A stretch of 64,000 nucleotides of DNA from Bacilli bacterium (GTDB lineage: Bacteria; Bacillota_I; Bacilli_A; ML615J-28; CAG-313). Below are positions 10,448-20,239 of the stretch, piece after piece. The number at the start of each line of letters is the position of its first letter. Within the stretch, counting starts at the first letter, position 1. The notes below the pieces were generated by a model. The model was given only the letters and a program-made list of their open reading frames with translations, did no database searches and was not told the origin of the DNA. A program made the position numbers and the translations under genes. The stretch spans positions 4,889-68,888 of the forward strand of contig JAZOLG010000020.1 in NCBI GenBank assembly GCA_045652765.1, in the 5' to 3' direction.

Positions 10448-10935
10448 TATATATCTCCAATAGTTTTAACAATATCTTCATTTTTTGAAATATATTTAAA
10501 AATGATGTATCCGACAGTCATTGCGATAGCCTCACCTAACATAACCCAAAGCGTATTGATTATTAATGCTTGGATATTAAAGGAATATATGTAAGCTAGT
10601 TCAAAACCAACTAATATATTACATACAGGTACAATGATAATAGAAAAGATTGGTTTCTTTGCTAAACTAACAAATATGCAAGAAAGCAAAGTAGCTATTC
10701 CACCAACTAAAGCATCTAATAATCCAAATGGGCCAATTAGATTGGCAATGAAACAACCGAGGGTAACACCAATTGTATATTTCTTATTAATCAAAACTAG
10801 TAATATTAATATTTCTGCGAGTCGTACTTGAATTGCATTATAGGACATAAATCCTAACGCAAATACCATTATTACATATAATGCACAAACAATTGCGTTA
10901 TATGTAATTGATTTAATAGTTTTTTTAATATGCAT
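10447..10935 (-). CDS. queT: Queuosine-precursor transporter QueT (ECF-type S-component-like)
   Basis: 162 aa with five TM helices. Family-typical features are the N-terminal region (NAIVCALYVIMVFALGF) and a GPFG motif. A preQ1-type riboswitch candidate lies immediately upstream. Confidence 0.65.
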   Translation of the reverse strand: MHIKKTIKSITYNAIVCALYVIMVFALGFMSYNAIQVRLAEILILLVLINKKYTIGVTLGCFIANLIGPFGLLDALVGGIATLLSCIFVSLAKKPIFSIIIVPVCNILVGFELAYIYSFNIQALIINTLWVMLGEAIAMTVGYIIFKYISKNEDIVKTIGDI

Positions 10936-10990
10936 AAAAACTCCTTGTTTTAATATTTTAGAAGGTGGTTAAGCAAGAAACACCTTCATT
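10936..10990 (-). ncRNA. Candidate class I preQ1 riboswitch in the queT 5' UTR
   Basis: Minus strand reads GAAGGUG-UUUCUUGCUUAAC-CACCUUC-UAAAAUAUUAAAACAAGGAGuuuuuAUG. That is a 7-bp P1 stem and a 13-nt loop ending UUAAC, then an A-rich tail ending AAAACAAGG (same as the T. tengcongensis aptamer tail). Loop CUUG can pair with tail CAAG to form the P2 pseudoknot, sequestering the AAGGAG SD. Confidence 0.5.
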
Positions 10991-10993
10991 AGT

Positions 10994-11022
10994 ATTATAG
11001 TACAATTTTCTATATTTGTCAA
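10994..11022 (-). promoter_or_regulatory. Consensus sigma-A promoter for the riboswitch-queT transcript
   Basis: On the minus strand: TTGACA (11022-11017), a 17-nt spacer, then TATAAT (10999-10994). The predicted start site falls at the first nucleotides of the aptamer hairpin. Confidence 0.7.
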
Positions 11023-11165
11023 TTTAAAAAATTAGTCTATTTAAATTTTAGTTCATAATGATTGCTAATTCATTGAAATATGATATAATATATTCTATAG
11101 TAAATATAGAAGTATACAGTATTAATTTATATAATTGTATTTAATATGAAGGAGCGTGGTGTAAT

Positions 11166-12938
11166 ATGATATTCGGAAAACATGTTAATAAATTCTATTT
11201 ACGCTACTGGTATTTATTGATTGGTGGCATTATTTCACTACTTGCTGTTGACTATTTCCAACTATTAATACCAGATATAATTGGAAGTATTATAGATGGA
11301 CTTAATGCAATAGGAAAAGAAAATCCACCTGTTGAACCATTAACTTTAGAGAAATTAAAGAGTTTTATGTTTGACATTATGGTTATAGCTGCTGTTATGT
11401 TTGCAGGTAGATTTTTGTGGAGAATTACTATTTTTACAATGGGTGTAAATGTCGAATCTAACCTTCGTGACGAGATGTTTGTACATAGCGAAAAACTTTC
11501 TAGGGAGTATTATAATACTCATAAAGTAGGCGAAGAAATGGCGCTTTATACAAATGATTTACAAACAATTAGACAAACATTTGGAAGTGGAATCATGATG
11601 ATGATAGATGCCTTATTCCTTGGTACACTTGCTTTTGTTAAGATGGTTAAGATAGATTTTGTTCTAACGATTATTTCCTGCATACCTTTGATTGTAATTG
11701 TTTTCTTTAGTGGTCTTGTAGGACGAATCATGCGCAAGAAATTCCAAAAGCGTCAAGAGGCGTATGCAGAACTTACAGACTTCACTCAAGAAAATTTTGC
11801 AGGAATAACAGTTGTTAAAGCTTTTGTAAAAGAATTAAAAGAAATTGAAAGATTTGCAAAAATCAATAAGAAAAACAAAAAACGAAATATAGATTTTGTT
11901 AAATTTTCAATGTTATTAAACATCGCTATATCAGTACTGCTTAATAGTGTCATTTTAGTAATTATTTTATTTAGTGGTTATAAAGCATCACATGGTGGTA
12001 ATTTTAGTATTGGTAATTTAACGAGATTTATTTCTTACTTTAACACATTAACTTGGCCGATGATGGCAATTGGACAATTAATTAATATTCGAAGTCAAGG
12101 TAAAGCAAGCTTAAACAGAATCAATGCACTGTTAGACTATCCTGTTGAAATCAAAGACGAAGAAGTTATAGATGTTGAAATAAAAGGGGAAATTAAATTT
12201 AAGAATTTAAACTTTTCATATCCTGGATCTAATAATTTAGCACTTGAAAATGTAGAACTTGATATCCCTCAAGGAACAAGTGTTGGAATCTTGGGTAAAA
12301 CGGGAAGCGGAAAGACAACACTTGTTGATATGTTACTTAGAATTTATAATGTCGATAAAGGTACGATTTTTATAGATGGTGTCGATATTATGAATATCGG
12401 TTTAAAAAATCTAAGATCTAATATTGGATATGTTCCACAAGATAATTTCTTGTTTAGTAAAACGGTTCTAGATAATATTTGTTTTAGTGAAGAAGAAAAT
12501 GATTTAGAAAAAGCAAAATTATATTCTAAGTACGCCAGTGTAGATACAAACATTGAAGATTTTCCAAATAAATATGATACTGTTTTGGGAGAGCGTGGTG
12601 TAACACTTTCTGGTGGTCAAAGACAAAGAGTATCAATCGCTAGAGCAATGTATAAAGATCCTGCAATCTTAATACTAGACGACTCTGTATCAGCAGTTGA
12701 TACTGAAACAGAAAGAAAAATTCTTGGATTTTTAAAACAAACAAGAAAGAATAAAACAACAATATTAGTTGCCCACAGAATTTCAACAGTTAAAGATATG
12801 GATCTAATTGTTGTAATTGATGATGGCAAAGTCATTGCAAAAGGAAAGCATGAAGAATTACTGAAAACATCTGAAGCATACAAGGAAATGGTGTTACTAC
12901 AACAACTTGATGAAGAGGAGGGAGTAAGTCATGAATAA
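11166..12938 (+). CDS. ABC exporter, fused permease/ATPase subunit 1 of a heterodimeric pair
   Basis: 590 aa: six TM helices, then an NBD with Walker A GKTGSGKTT, signature LSGGQRQR and Walker B ILILDD. Overlaps the next gene by 8 nt. Confidence 0.9.
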   Translation: MIFGKHVNKFYLRYWYLLIGGIISLLAVDYFQLLIPDIIGSIIDGLNAIGKENPPVEPLTLEKLKSFMFDIMVIAAVMFAGRFLWRITIFTMGVNVESNLRDEMFVHSEKLSREYYNTHKVGEEMALYTNDLQTIRQTFGSGIMMMIDALFLGTLAFVKMVKIDFVLTIISCIPLIVIVFFSGLVGRIMRKKFQKRQEAYAELTDFTQENFAGITVVKAFVKELKEIERFAKINKKNKKRNIDFVKFSMLLNIAISVLLNSVILVIILFSGYKASHGGNFSIGNLTRFISYFNTLTWPMMAIGQLINIRSQGKASLNRINALLDYPVEIKDEEVIDVEIKGEIKFKNLNFSYPGSNNLALENVELDIPQGTSVGILGKTGSGKTTLVDMLLRIYNVDKGTIFIDGVDIMNIGLKNLRSNIGYVPQDNFLFSKTVLDNICFSEEENDLEKAKLYSKYASVDTNIEDFPNKYDTVLGERGVTLSGGQRQRVSIARAMYKDPAILILDDSVSAVDTETERKILGFLKQTRKNKTTILVAHRISTVKDMDLIVVIDDGKVIAKGKHEELLKTSEAYKEMVLLQQLDEEEGVSHE

Positions 12939-14712
12939 TAAGTTAGATAACGAAAGAACAATGACAAACAAAGAACTTTTCAAAAAGTTATTCCGATATT
13001 TAAAACCAGAACTTGGTAAATTTTTATTAGCTCTTTTAATGTTGATGACGTCTGTTGGATGTAATTTAGCAATACCTCTTTTAAATGGTGAAACAATTAA
13101 AATTATGGGTGAGGATATTGTTAATTACAGTTCTATTGTAAAAATTGCATTATTATTTGTTAGTATTTTAATTGTTTTAATAGGTGCAGAATATACACAA
13201 GCATTGTTACTACAACACGCAGGACAATCAATAATTTATCAAGTTCGTATGGATGTATTTAGACATTTGGAATATACATCAATTGAACAAATTAATCAAA
13301 TTCCAATTGGTAAATTAGTTACAAGAGTAACGAACGATACTAACGCATTAAATGAACTATTTACAGATGTACTGGTAAATTTGTTAAAAAGTTTAGTTAC
13401 ATTAATTGGCGTAATAATATTCATGTTTATCACAAACGCAAAACTTGCAACATATATGGTTGCTTTAATGCCTTTTATTTTAGTTATGACATTCTTGTTT
13501 AATTTTTGGACAAGAAAAGCATATAGAAAAGTTCGAAAGAATTTATCTGAAATTAATGCTTCGCTTTCAGAAAATCTATCAGGAATGAAAATTACACAAG
13601 TATTTAATGCTGAAGAAAAACAATATCGTGAGTTTAAAGAACGAAATGAAAAATTGAGAAAAAGTAATTTAAAACAAATATTATTATTTGCGATATTTAG
13701 ACCGACTATATATGTGTGTTATTTGGGAACAGTGATAATAGTCTTTTGGTTTGGTGGTAAAGATGCATTAATTGCCAAAGACTTACATGCAATAGCAGCC
13801 CTTGTAACTTTTGAAATGTATATTAATAGTTTCTTTAATCCAATTCAACAATTATCAGAACAACTAAATATTTTACAATCATCGCTTGCTTCAAGTGAAA
13901 GAATCTTTGAAATTTTAGATACAGAAAGTAATATTCAAGATTCTGAAGATGCAATTGAACTTGAAGAGTTAAAAGGTGAAATAGAATTTAAAAATGTATG
14001 GTTTGCATACGAAGAGAACAATTGGATATTAAAAGATGTATCGTTCCACATTAAGCCGAAAGAGGTTGTGGCATTTGTTGGCGCAACTGGATCTGGTAAA
14101 ACAACGATTCTTTCGCTTATTGTTAGAAATTATGATATTCAAAAAGGTCAAATTTTAATTGATGGTATTGATGTTAAACATATCAAACTTGCATCTTTGA
14201 GAAAACATTTTGGTCAAATGTTACAAGATGTCTTCTTATTTAGCGGTGATATTATGGATAATATCAAAATGCAAGAAGAATCAATAACTGATGAAGAAGT
14301 GTATGCGGCATGTAAATATGTTGGTGCAGATCATTTCATCGAAAAATTAGACGAGAAATATCATGAAAAAGTTAGAGAACGAGGAAACAATTTCTCAAGC
14401 GGTCAAAGACAATTATTGTCTTTTGCTAGAACAATTGTTCATAAACCAAGTGTAATCATTCTAGATGAAGCAACAGCTAATATTGATACGGAAACAGAAG
14501 TATTGATTCAAGATTCGCTAGAGAAGATTATGAATATTGGTACTACTTTAATGGTAGCGCATAGACTTTCAACAATTCAACACTCTGATAAAATAATTGT
14601 ACTATCAAAGGGTGTTATTATTGAAGAAGGTACCCATCAAGAATTATTAAAACAAAAAGGTCAGTACTACAAATTATATACATTGCAGTACGAAAAGAAA
14701 CAATTTGAATAA
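12931..14712 (+). CDS. ABC exporter, fused permease/ATPase subunit 2
   Basis: 593 aa with Walker A GATGSGKTT, a degenerate signature FSSGQRQL and Walker B IILDEATANID. This matches the asymmetric heterodimeric (LmrCD/YheIH-like) type. Confidence 0.9.
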   Translation: MNNKLDNERTMTNKELFKKLFRYLKPELGKFLLALLMLMTSVGCNLAIPLLNGETIKIMGEDIVNYSSIVKIALLFVSILIVLIGAEYTQALLLQHAGQSIIYQVRMDVFRHLEYTSIEQINQIPIGKLVTRVTNDTNALNELFTDVLVNLLKSLVTLIGVIIFMFITNAKLATYMVALMPFILVMTFLFNFWTRKAYRKVRKNLSEINASLSENLSGMKITQVFNAEEKQYREFKERNEKLRKSNLKQILLFAIFRPTIYVCYLGTVIIVFWFGGKDALIAKDLHAIAALVTFEMYINSFFNPIQQLSEQLNILQSSLASSERIFEILDTESNIQDSEDAIELEELKGEIEFKNVWFAYEENNWILKDVSFHIKPKEVVAFVGATGSGKTTILSLIVRNYDIQKGQILIDGIDVKHIKLASLRKHFGQMLQDVFLFSGDIMDNIKMQEESITDEEVYAACKYVGADHFIEKLDEKYHEKVRERGNNFSSGQRQLLSFARTIVHKPSVIILDEATANIDTETEVLIQDSLEKIMNIGTTLMVAHRLSTIQHSDKIIVLSKGVIIEEGTHQELLKQKGQYYKLYTLQYEKKQFE

Positions 14713-14720
14713 AACATATA

Positions 14721-14751
14721 GCCTCCTGCATATAATTGTGGGAGGTTTTTA
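14721..14751 (+). terminator. Terminator after the ABC pair
   Basis: cctcc...ggagg stem with a large loop, followed by ttttt. Confidence 0.5.
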
Positions 14752-14888
14752 AATACCTTGTAAAAAATCATTTTTTAATTAGTTGAAAAAAAAACGTGTT
14801 TATGATAAAATAAATCGAAATAATTTGGGTCGTTTTGTGTTAAATACTCAAAAAACCAAAAAAATTCAAAAAGAAAGAGGTAAAAAAA

Positions 14889-16496
14889 ATGGCAAAAATT
14901 AATTTAGAAAAATATGGAATTACTGGCGTTACAGAAATTGTACACAACCCTTCATATGAAGTATTATTCCAAGAAGAAACAAAACCAGAATTAGTTGGTT
15001 ATGAAAAAGGTCAAGTAACAGAATTAGGTACTGTTAATGTTATGACAGGTATTTACACAGGTCGTTCGCCTAAAGACAAATACATTGTTATGGATGAAAA
15101 TTCAAAGGACACTGTATGGTGGACTAGTGATGAATACAAAAATGACAATCATCCAATCTCAGAAGAAGTTTGGCATGAATTAAAAGATTTAGCAAAAAAA
15201 CAATTATCTAACAAAAGATTATTCGTAATTGATGCTTTCTGTGGTGCTGATGCAGAAACTAGAATGGCTATTCGTTTCGTTATGGAAGTAGCATGGCAAG
15301 CTCATTTTGTAAAAAATATGTTTATTGTTCCAACTGAAGAAGAACTTGAAAACTTCGAACCAGATTTCGTAGTTTACAATGCTTCAAAAGCTAAAGTTGA
15401 AAACTATCAAGAATTAGGTTTAAATTCTGAAACAGCTGTTGCATTTAACATTACATCTAAAGAACAAGTTATTCTTAACACTTGGTATGGTGGTGAAATG
15501 AAAAAAGGTATGTTCTCAATGATGAACTATTTCTTACCACTTAAAGGTATTGCTTCAATGCACTGCTCAGCTAATACTGATATGAATGGTGAAAATACAG
15601 CTATTTTCTTTGGTTTATCAGGAACTGGTAAAACTACATTATCAACAGATCCTAAACGTTTATTAATCGGTGATGATGAACATGGTTGGGATGACAATGG
15701 TGTATTCAACTTCGAAGGTGGATGCTATGCAAAAGTAATTAACCTTGATGCTGAATCAGAACCAGATATTTATAGAGCTATCAAACGTAACGCATTACTT
15801 GAAAACGTTACAGTTGATGAAAATGGTAAAATTGATTTCAATGATAAGAGCGTAACTGAAAATACACGTGTTTCTTACCCAATCAATCACATTGAAAAAA
15901 TTGTTCGTCCAGTATCTAAAGCACCTGCTGCTAAGAGTGTAATTTTCTTATCAGCTGATGCATTCGGAGTACTTCCTCCAGTTTCAATCTTAACTCCTGA
16001 ACAAACTAAATACTATTTCTTATCAGGATTTACTGCAAAACTTGCTGGTACTGAACGTGGTATCACTGAACCTACTCCAACATTCTCAGCTTGCTTCGGT
16101 CAAGCATTCTTAGAATTACATCCAACAAAATATGCTGAAGAACTAGTTAAGAAAATGGAAGCTAATGGTTCTAAAGCTTACTTAGTTAACACTGGATGGA
16201 ACGGAACAGGTAAACGTATTTCTATCAAAGATACTCGTGGTATCATCGATGCTATCTTAGATGGTTCAATTGAAAAAGTTGAAACAAAACAAGTTCCATT
16301 CTTTAATTTCACAGTTCCAACTGAATTACCAGGTGTAGATACAAATATCTTAGATCCTCGTAATACATATGCAGATGCAAAAATTTGGGAAGATAAAGCT
16401 AAAGACTTAGCATCTCGTTTCAATAAAAACTTTGCTAAATACGAAGGAAATGAAGCTGGTAAAGCTTTAGTTAAAGCTGGTCCACAATTAAACTAA
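14889..16496 (+). CDS. pckA: Phosphoenolpyruvate carboxykinase (ATP)
   Basis: 535 aa with a kinase-1a P-loop [11 protein letters not shown] and conserved PEPCK-ATP blocks. The RBS AGAGG is preceded by an A-rich tract. Confidence 0.9.
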   Translation: MAKINLEKYGITGVTEIVHNPSYEVLFQEETKPELVGYEKGQVTELGTVNVMTGIYTGRSPKDKYIVMDENSKDTVWWTSDEYKNDNHPISEEVWHELKDLAKKQLSNKRLFVIDAFCGADAETRMAIRFVMEVAWQAHFVKNMFIVPTEEELENFEPDFVVYNASKAKVENYQELGLNSETAVAFNITSKEQVILNTWYGGEMKKGMFSMMNYFLPLKGIASMHCSANTDMNGENTAIFFGLSGTGKTTLSTDPKRLLIGDDEHGWDDNGVFNFEGGCYAKVINLDAESEPDIYRAIKRNALLENVTVDENGKIDFNDKSVTENTRVSYPINHIEKIVRPVSKAPAAKSVIFLSADAFGVLPPVSILTPEQTKYYFLSGFTAKLAGTERGITEPTPTFSACFGQAFLELHPTKYAEELVKKMEANGSKAYLVNTGWNGTGKRISIKDTRGIIDAILDGSIEKVETKQVPFFNFTVPTELPGVDTNILDPRNTYADAKIWEDKAKDLASRFNKNFAKYEGNEAGKALVKAGPQLN

Positions 16497-16513
16497 TTTA
16501 AAGGAGAATTAAA

Positions 16514-17905
16514 ATGGGTGTTAAAATCGTCGATACTTGTTTAAGAGACGGTCATCAATCACTTATTGCAACTCGTTTAACAACAGAAGAAATCTTAACA
16601 ATCGCTCCACTTCTAGATAAAGCAGGTTATCATGCTCTAGAAGTTTGGGGTGGTGCAACTTTTGATTCATGTCTTCGATTCTTGAATGAAGACCCATGGG
16701 AAAGATTAAGAGCAATTCGTAAAGCTTGTCCTAATACAAAACTTCAAATGTTATTTAGAGGTCAAAATATGTTAGGATATCGCCATTACTCAGATGATTT
16801 AGTTGAAAAATTTGTTCAAAAATCATTAGAAAATGGTATTGATATTATTCGTGTTTTTGATGCGTTAAACGATTTAAGAAATCTAAAAAGTAGTGTAGAT
16901 GCAACAAACAAGTATAAAAAACAATATAATGGTCATTGTCAAATTGCATTATCATATACAACAAGTCCAGTTCATACAATTGAATATTACGTAGCGCTTG
17001 CAAAAGAAATTGAAGCAATGGGTGCTGATTCAATCTGTATTAAAGACATGGCAGGTGTATTATTACCAGATGCAGCATATGAACTTGTTTCTAGACTTAA
17101 AAAAGAAGTAAAACTACCACTTGAACTTCACACTCACTGCACAGGCGGTGTGGCTGAAATGACTATCATGAAAGCAATTCAAGCTGGTTGTGATATTGTT
17201 GATACAGCTTTATCACCATTTAGTGGTGGAACAAGTCAACCTTGCACAGAAGCATTGGAATATGTTTTACAAGGTACAGAATATGATCCACAACTTGATT
17301 TAAAAGCTTTAAAACAAGCTTGTGATAAATTAACTGTTATCAAAGATAAATATTTATCTAGTGGAACACTTAATCCAAAAGCTTTAACAACAAATCCAAA
17401 TATTTTGAAATATCAAGTTCCTGGCGGAATGTTATCTAATCTAATGAGTCAATTAAAAGGTCAAGGAGCGATGGATAGATATGAAGAAGTTTTAAATGAA
17501 ATTCCAAGAGTTCGTAAAGATCTTGGCTATCCTCCACTAGTAACACCACTTTCTCAAATGGTTGGTACACAAGCTGTAATGAACGTATTGAGCGGAGAAC
17601 GTTACAAAATGTGTCCAGGAGAAATTAAAGCATATTTAAAAGGTGAATATGGACAAGCTCCAGCACCAGTAGATGAAGAAGTTAAACAAAAAATCATTGG
17701 TGATGCTGAAGTTATTACATATCGTCCAGCTGACAAAATTGCTCCTGAGTTTGAAGCAATGAAAGCTAAATACGGTCACATTTGTGATTCTGATGAAGAT
17801 GTTTTATCTTGTGCTTTATTTGAAAATGTAGCAGTTAAATTCTTAGAAGGCAAAAAACAAAAAAGCCAAAATGAAGTTGTAGAATTTAACGTTCAAATTG
17901 GGTAG
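16514..17905 (+). CDS. oadA: Oxaloacetate decarboxylase alpha-type carboxyltransferase subunit (HMGL-like/5S-type TIM barrel) lacking a biotinyl domain
   Basis: 463 aa with N-terminal DTCLRDGHQS, characteristic of the pyruvate carboxyltransferase domain. No C-terminal biotin carrier is present; a separate BCCP is encoded downstream. Confidence 0.8.
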   Translation: MGVKIVDTCLRDGHQSLIATRLTTEEILTIAPLLDKAGYHALEVWGGATFDSCLRFLNEDPWERLRAIRKACPNTKLQMLFRGQNMLGYRHYSDDLVEKFVQKSLENGIDIIRVFDALNDLRNLKSSVDATNKYKKQYNGHCQIALSYTTSPVHTIEYYVALAKEIEAMGADSICIKDMAGVLLPDAAYELVSRLKKEVKLPLELHTHCTGGVAEMTIMKAIQAGCDIVDTALSPFSGGTSQPCTEALEYVLQGTEYDPQLDLKALKQACDKLTVIKDKYLSSGTLNPKALTTNPNILKYQVPGGMLSNLMSQLKGQGAMDRYEEVLNEIPRVRKDLGYPPLVTPLSQMVGTQAVMNVLSGERYKMCPGEIKAYLKGEYGQAPAPVDEEVKQKIIGDAEVITYRPADKIAPEFEAMKAKYGHICDSDEDVLSCALFENVAVKFLEGKKQKSQNEVVEFNVQIG

Positions 17906-17914
17906 GAGGTAAAT

Positions 17915-18622
17915 ATGAAAAGATTATTTAAATTATTTACATTAATATTTGTTATATTATGTGCTACTCTTTTAACAGGCTGTTCAAAAGAAGATCAATT
18001 TAAAATTATTTCTAATCCAGGAACTGAAGCTGATCTTGAAGTGTTAGCTGATGTGCAAAAAGAATTAGATGAACTAAATGCTAAAAAAGCTGAAGGTGCA
18101 GAACTTGATGTAATGATTGGTTTATATCATATTGATTCAGATGTTCTTTATCTTGAATTAGTACCTGAACTTCCAGAAGGAAAATATTATGTTGTTACTG
18201 GTTTAAAAAGCACGTTACCTTCAATGATTAAAAAAGGTGCTAATTTCAGTGGATGGTATACAACTGAAGATTTTAAATCAGGCACAAAAGTAACTGCATC
18301 TGCAGAAAATACAGTGCTTTATGCAAAATATATGACATTTGCTGAAGCTGGTATCGTTGCTGTTGTATGTATGGCAATCGTATTTGGAATGTTAGCATTA
18401 ATTGCTGGAATCATTTCATTATTTAAATTTGTTGCTCCAAAAGAAGAAGCAAAACCAGTTGCTAAACCAACTGCACCTCAAGTTCAAGCAGCTCGTCCTG
18501 CATTAAAACTTGAAGATATTAAAGACGAAGATATGATGGCTGCGGCTTTAGTTGCAACTATTGATTATCATGAAGAAACAAAAGAAGACGTTCGTGTTGT
18601 TTCAATTAAACAAATAGGATAG
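17915..18622 (+). CDS. Lipoprotein fused to an OadG-like (decarboxylase gamma) membrane anchor
   Basis: 235 aa. A lipobox (LLTGC) is followed by a roughly 120-aa extracytoplasmic domain, a single TM helix, a Pro/Ala-rich linker (PVAKPTAPQVQAARP) and a C-terminal MMAAALVATIDYHEE segment reminiscent of OadG. Confidence 0.5.
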   Translation: MKRLFKLFTLIFVILCATLLTGCSKEDQFKIISNPGTEADLEVLADVQKELDELNAKKAEGAELDVMIGLYHIDSDVLYLELVPELPEGKYYVVTGLKSTLPSMIKKGANFSGWYTTEDFKSGTKVTASAENTVLYAKYMTFAEAGIVAVVCMAIVFGMLALIAGIISLFKFVAPKEEAKPVAKPTAPQVQAARPALKLEDIKDEDMMAAALVATIDYHEETKEDVRVVSIKQIG

Positions 18623-18632
18623 GAGAGTAATC

Positions 18633-18980
18633 ATGAAAGTATATAAAGTAAAAGTTAATGGTAAACTTTTCGAAGTAGAACTTGAAAGTGTTTCTGAAAA
18701 CAATCAAACTATTGCAGCTCCTGCTCAAGCTGCACCTGTTCAAGCTGCACCTGCTTTAGGTGGTGCTGGTGCTGAACTTAAAGCTCCAATGGCTGGAACA
18801 ATCTTAGACGTTAAAGTAAGTGTTGGACAAACTGTTAACGTTGGTGATGTTGTATGTATTTTAGAAGCAATGAAATTAGAAAACGAAGTTGTAGCTGACG
18901 TTGCTGGTGTTGTTAAATCAATTGCTGTAACTAAAGGAACTAGTGTTTCTAATGGACAAGTAATTGCTGTAATAGGATAA
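18633..18980 (+). CDS. Biotin carboxyl carrier protein subunit of the decarboxylase
   Basis: 115 aa with an Ala/Pro linker and the biotinyl-lysine motif EAMKLENEV in a hammerhead fold. Confidence 0.85.
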   Translation: MKVYKVKVNGKLFEVELESVSENNQTIAAPAQAAPVQAAPALGGAGAELKAPMAGTILDVKVSVGQTVNVGDVVCILEAMKLENEVVADVAGVVKSIAVTKGTSVSNGQVIAVIG

Positions 18981-18985
18981 TATAA

Positions 18986-20176
18986 ATGATTTATTCAAAT
19001 TCAATGTTCGGACAATTATTTAAAAACTTCTTCGAACAAATGGGTTTTTTCACAGATGGTAAAATTGATACAATTAATTTAATCTTTAGAATTGCGATGA
19101 TTGCGGTAGCTTGTTTATTAATATTCTTAGCTATTGCAAAAGGTTTTGAACCATACTTATTAATTCCAATTGGTGTTGGTATGTTACTTGCGAATCTAGC
19201 ACCATCCCTTGTTGCGGCCCCTGTTGGTGATGCTGCACCAGGACTTTTATGGTCTTTCCAAAGAGGAATTGCATGGGAAATTTTCCCACCACTAATTTTC
19301 CTTGGAATTGGTGCAACTACAGATTTTGGTCCATTAATTTCTAGACCTAGTAGTTTATTACTTGGTGCTGCTGCTCAATTTGGAATTTTCATTACATTTG
19401 TTGGCGCTTTAGTTTTAGGATTTGATGCACTTCAAGCTGCATCAATCGGTATCATTGGTGGAGCTGATGGTCCAACTGCTATTTTCCTTTCAAATAAATT
19501 ATTGAACGGAACTGTCGGTGGTGAACAATTAAAAGCATCAATTGCAATTGTTGCGTACTCATATATGGCACTTGTTCCAATTATTCAACCACCAATTATT
19601 AAAGCTTTAACAACAAAAGAAGAACGTAAGATTAAAATGGTTGAACCACGTAAAGTATCTAAACGTGAAAAAATCTTATTCCCAATTACTGTTATGATTG
19701 TTGTAATTATGTTAATTCCATCATGTGCACCATTAATTGGTATGCTTATGCTTGGTAACTTAATTAAAGAATCTGGTGTTGTACCAAATTTAGTGGATGC
19801 TGCATCTAAAACAATAATGTATATGGTGACAGTTTTATTAGGGCTTGCCGTAGGTGCTAAAGCAACATTTAATGATTTAAATCAAGTATTAGACTTTGTT
19901 AAAATCTTAGTTTTAGGTATGGTTGCGTTTGGTATGGCAACAGCAACAGGAGTTTTAGTTGGAAAACTTATGTGTAAACTTACTAAAGGTAAAGTTAACC
20001 CAATGATAGGTGCAGCCGGTGTATCAGCTGTTCCAATGGCTGCTCGTGTAGTTCACAAAATTGGTCTTGAAGAAGATAAATCTAATTACTTATTAATGCA
20101 CGCAATGGGTCCAAACGTTGCAGGTGTTATCGGTAGTGCGGTTGCGGCCGGCTTACTACTTGGTATGTTAGGATAA
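18986..20176 (+). CDS. oadB: Na+-translocating decarboxylase beta subunit (OadB/GcdB/MmdB family)
   Basis: 396-aa polytopic membrane protein with the typical OadB blocks (GIIGGADGPTAIF, GAAGVSAVPMAARV). Confidence 0.85.
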   Translation: MIYSNSMFGQLFKNFFEQMGFFTDGKIDTINLIFRIAMIAVACLLIFLAIAKGFEPYLLIPIGVGMLLANLAPSLVAAPVGDAAPGLLWSFQRGIAWEIFPPLIFLGIGATTDFGPLISRPSSLLLGAAAQFGIFITFVGALVLGFDALQAASIGIIGGADGPTAIFLSNKLLNGTVGGEQLKASIAIVAYSYMALVPIIQPPIIKALTTKEERKIKMVEPRKVSKREKILFPITVMIVVIMLIPSCAPLIGMLMLGNLIKESGVVPNLVDAASKTIMYMVTVLLGLAVGAKATFNDLNQVLDFVKILVLGMVAFGMATATGVLVGKLMCKLTKGKVNPMIGAAGVSAVPMAARVVHKIGLEEDKSNYLLMHAMGPNVAGVIGSAVAAGLLLGMLG

Positions 20177-20181
20177 TTAAA

Positions 20182-20215
20182 AAAGGTAAGATTTTCTTAC
20201 CTTTTTCTTTTTTTG
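20182..20215 (+). terminator. Intrinsic terminator after oadB
   Basis: aggtaaga-ttt-tcttacct followed by a long T tract. Confidence 0.85.
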
Positions 20216-20239
20216 TGATATAATTAATGTGGTGATAGA

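Noticed and set aside
14713-14888. A cre site upstream of pckA
   Set aside because: No 14-mer in this region satisfies the TGWNANCGNTNWCA consensus. It contains only A-rich sequence.
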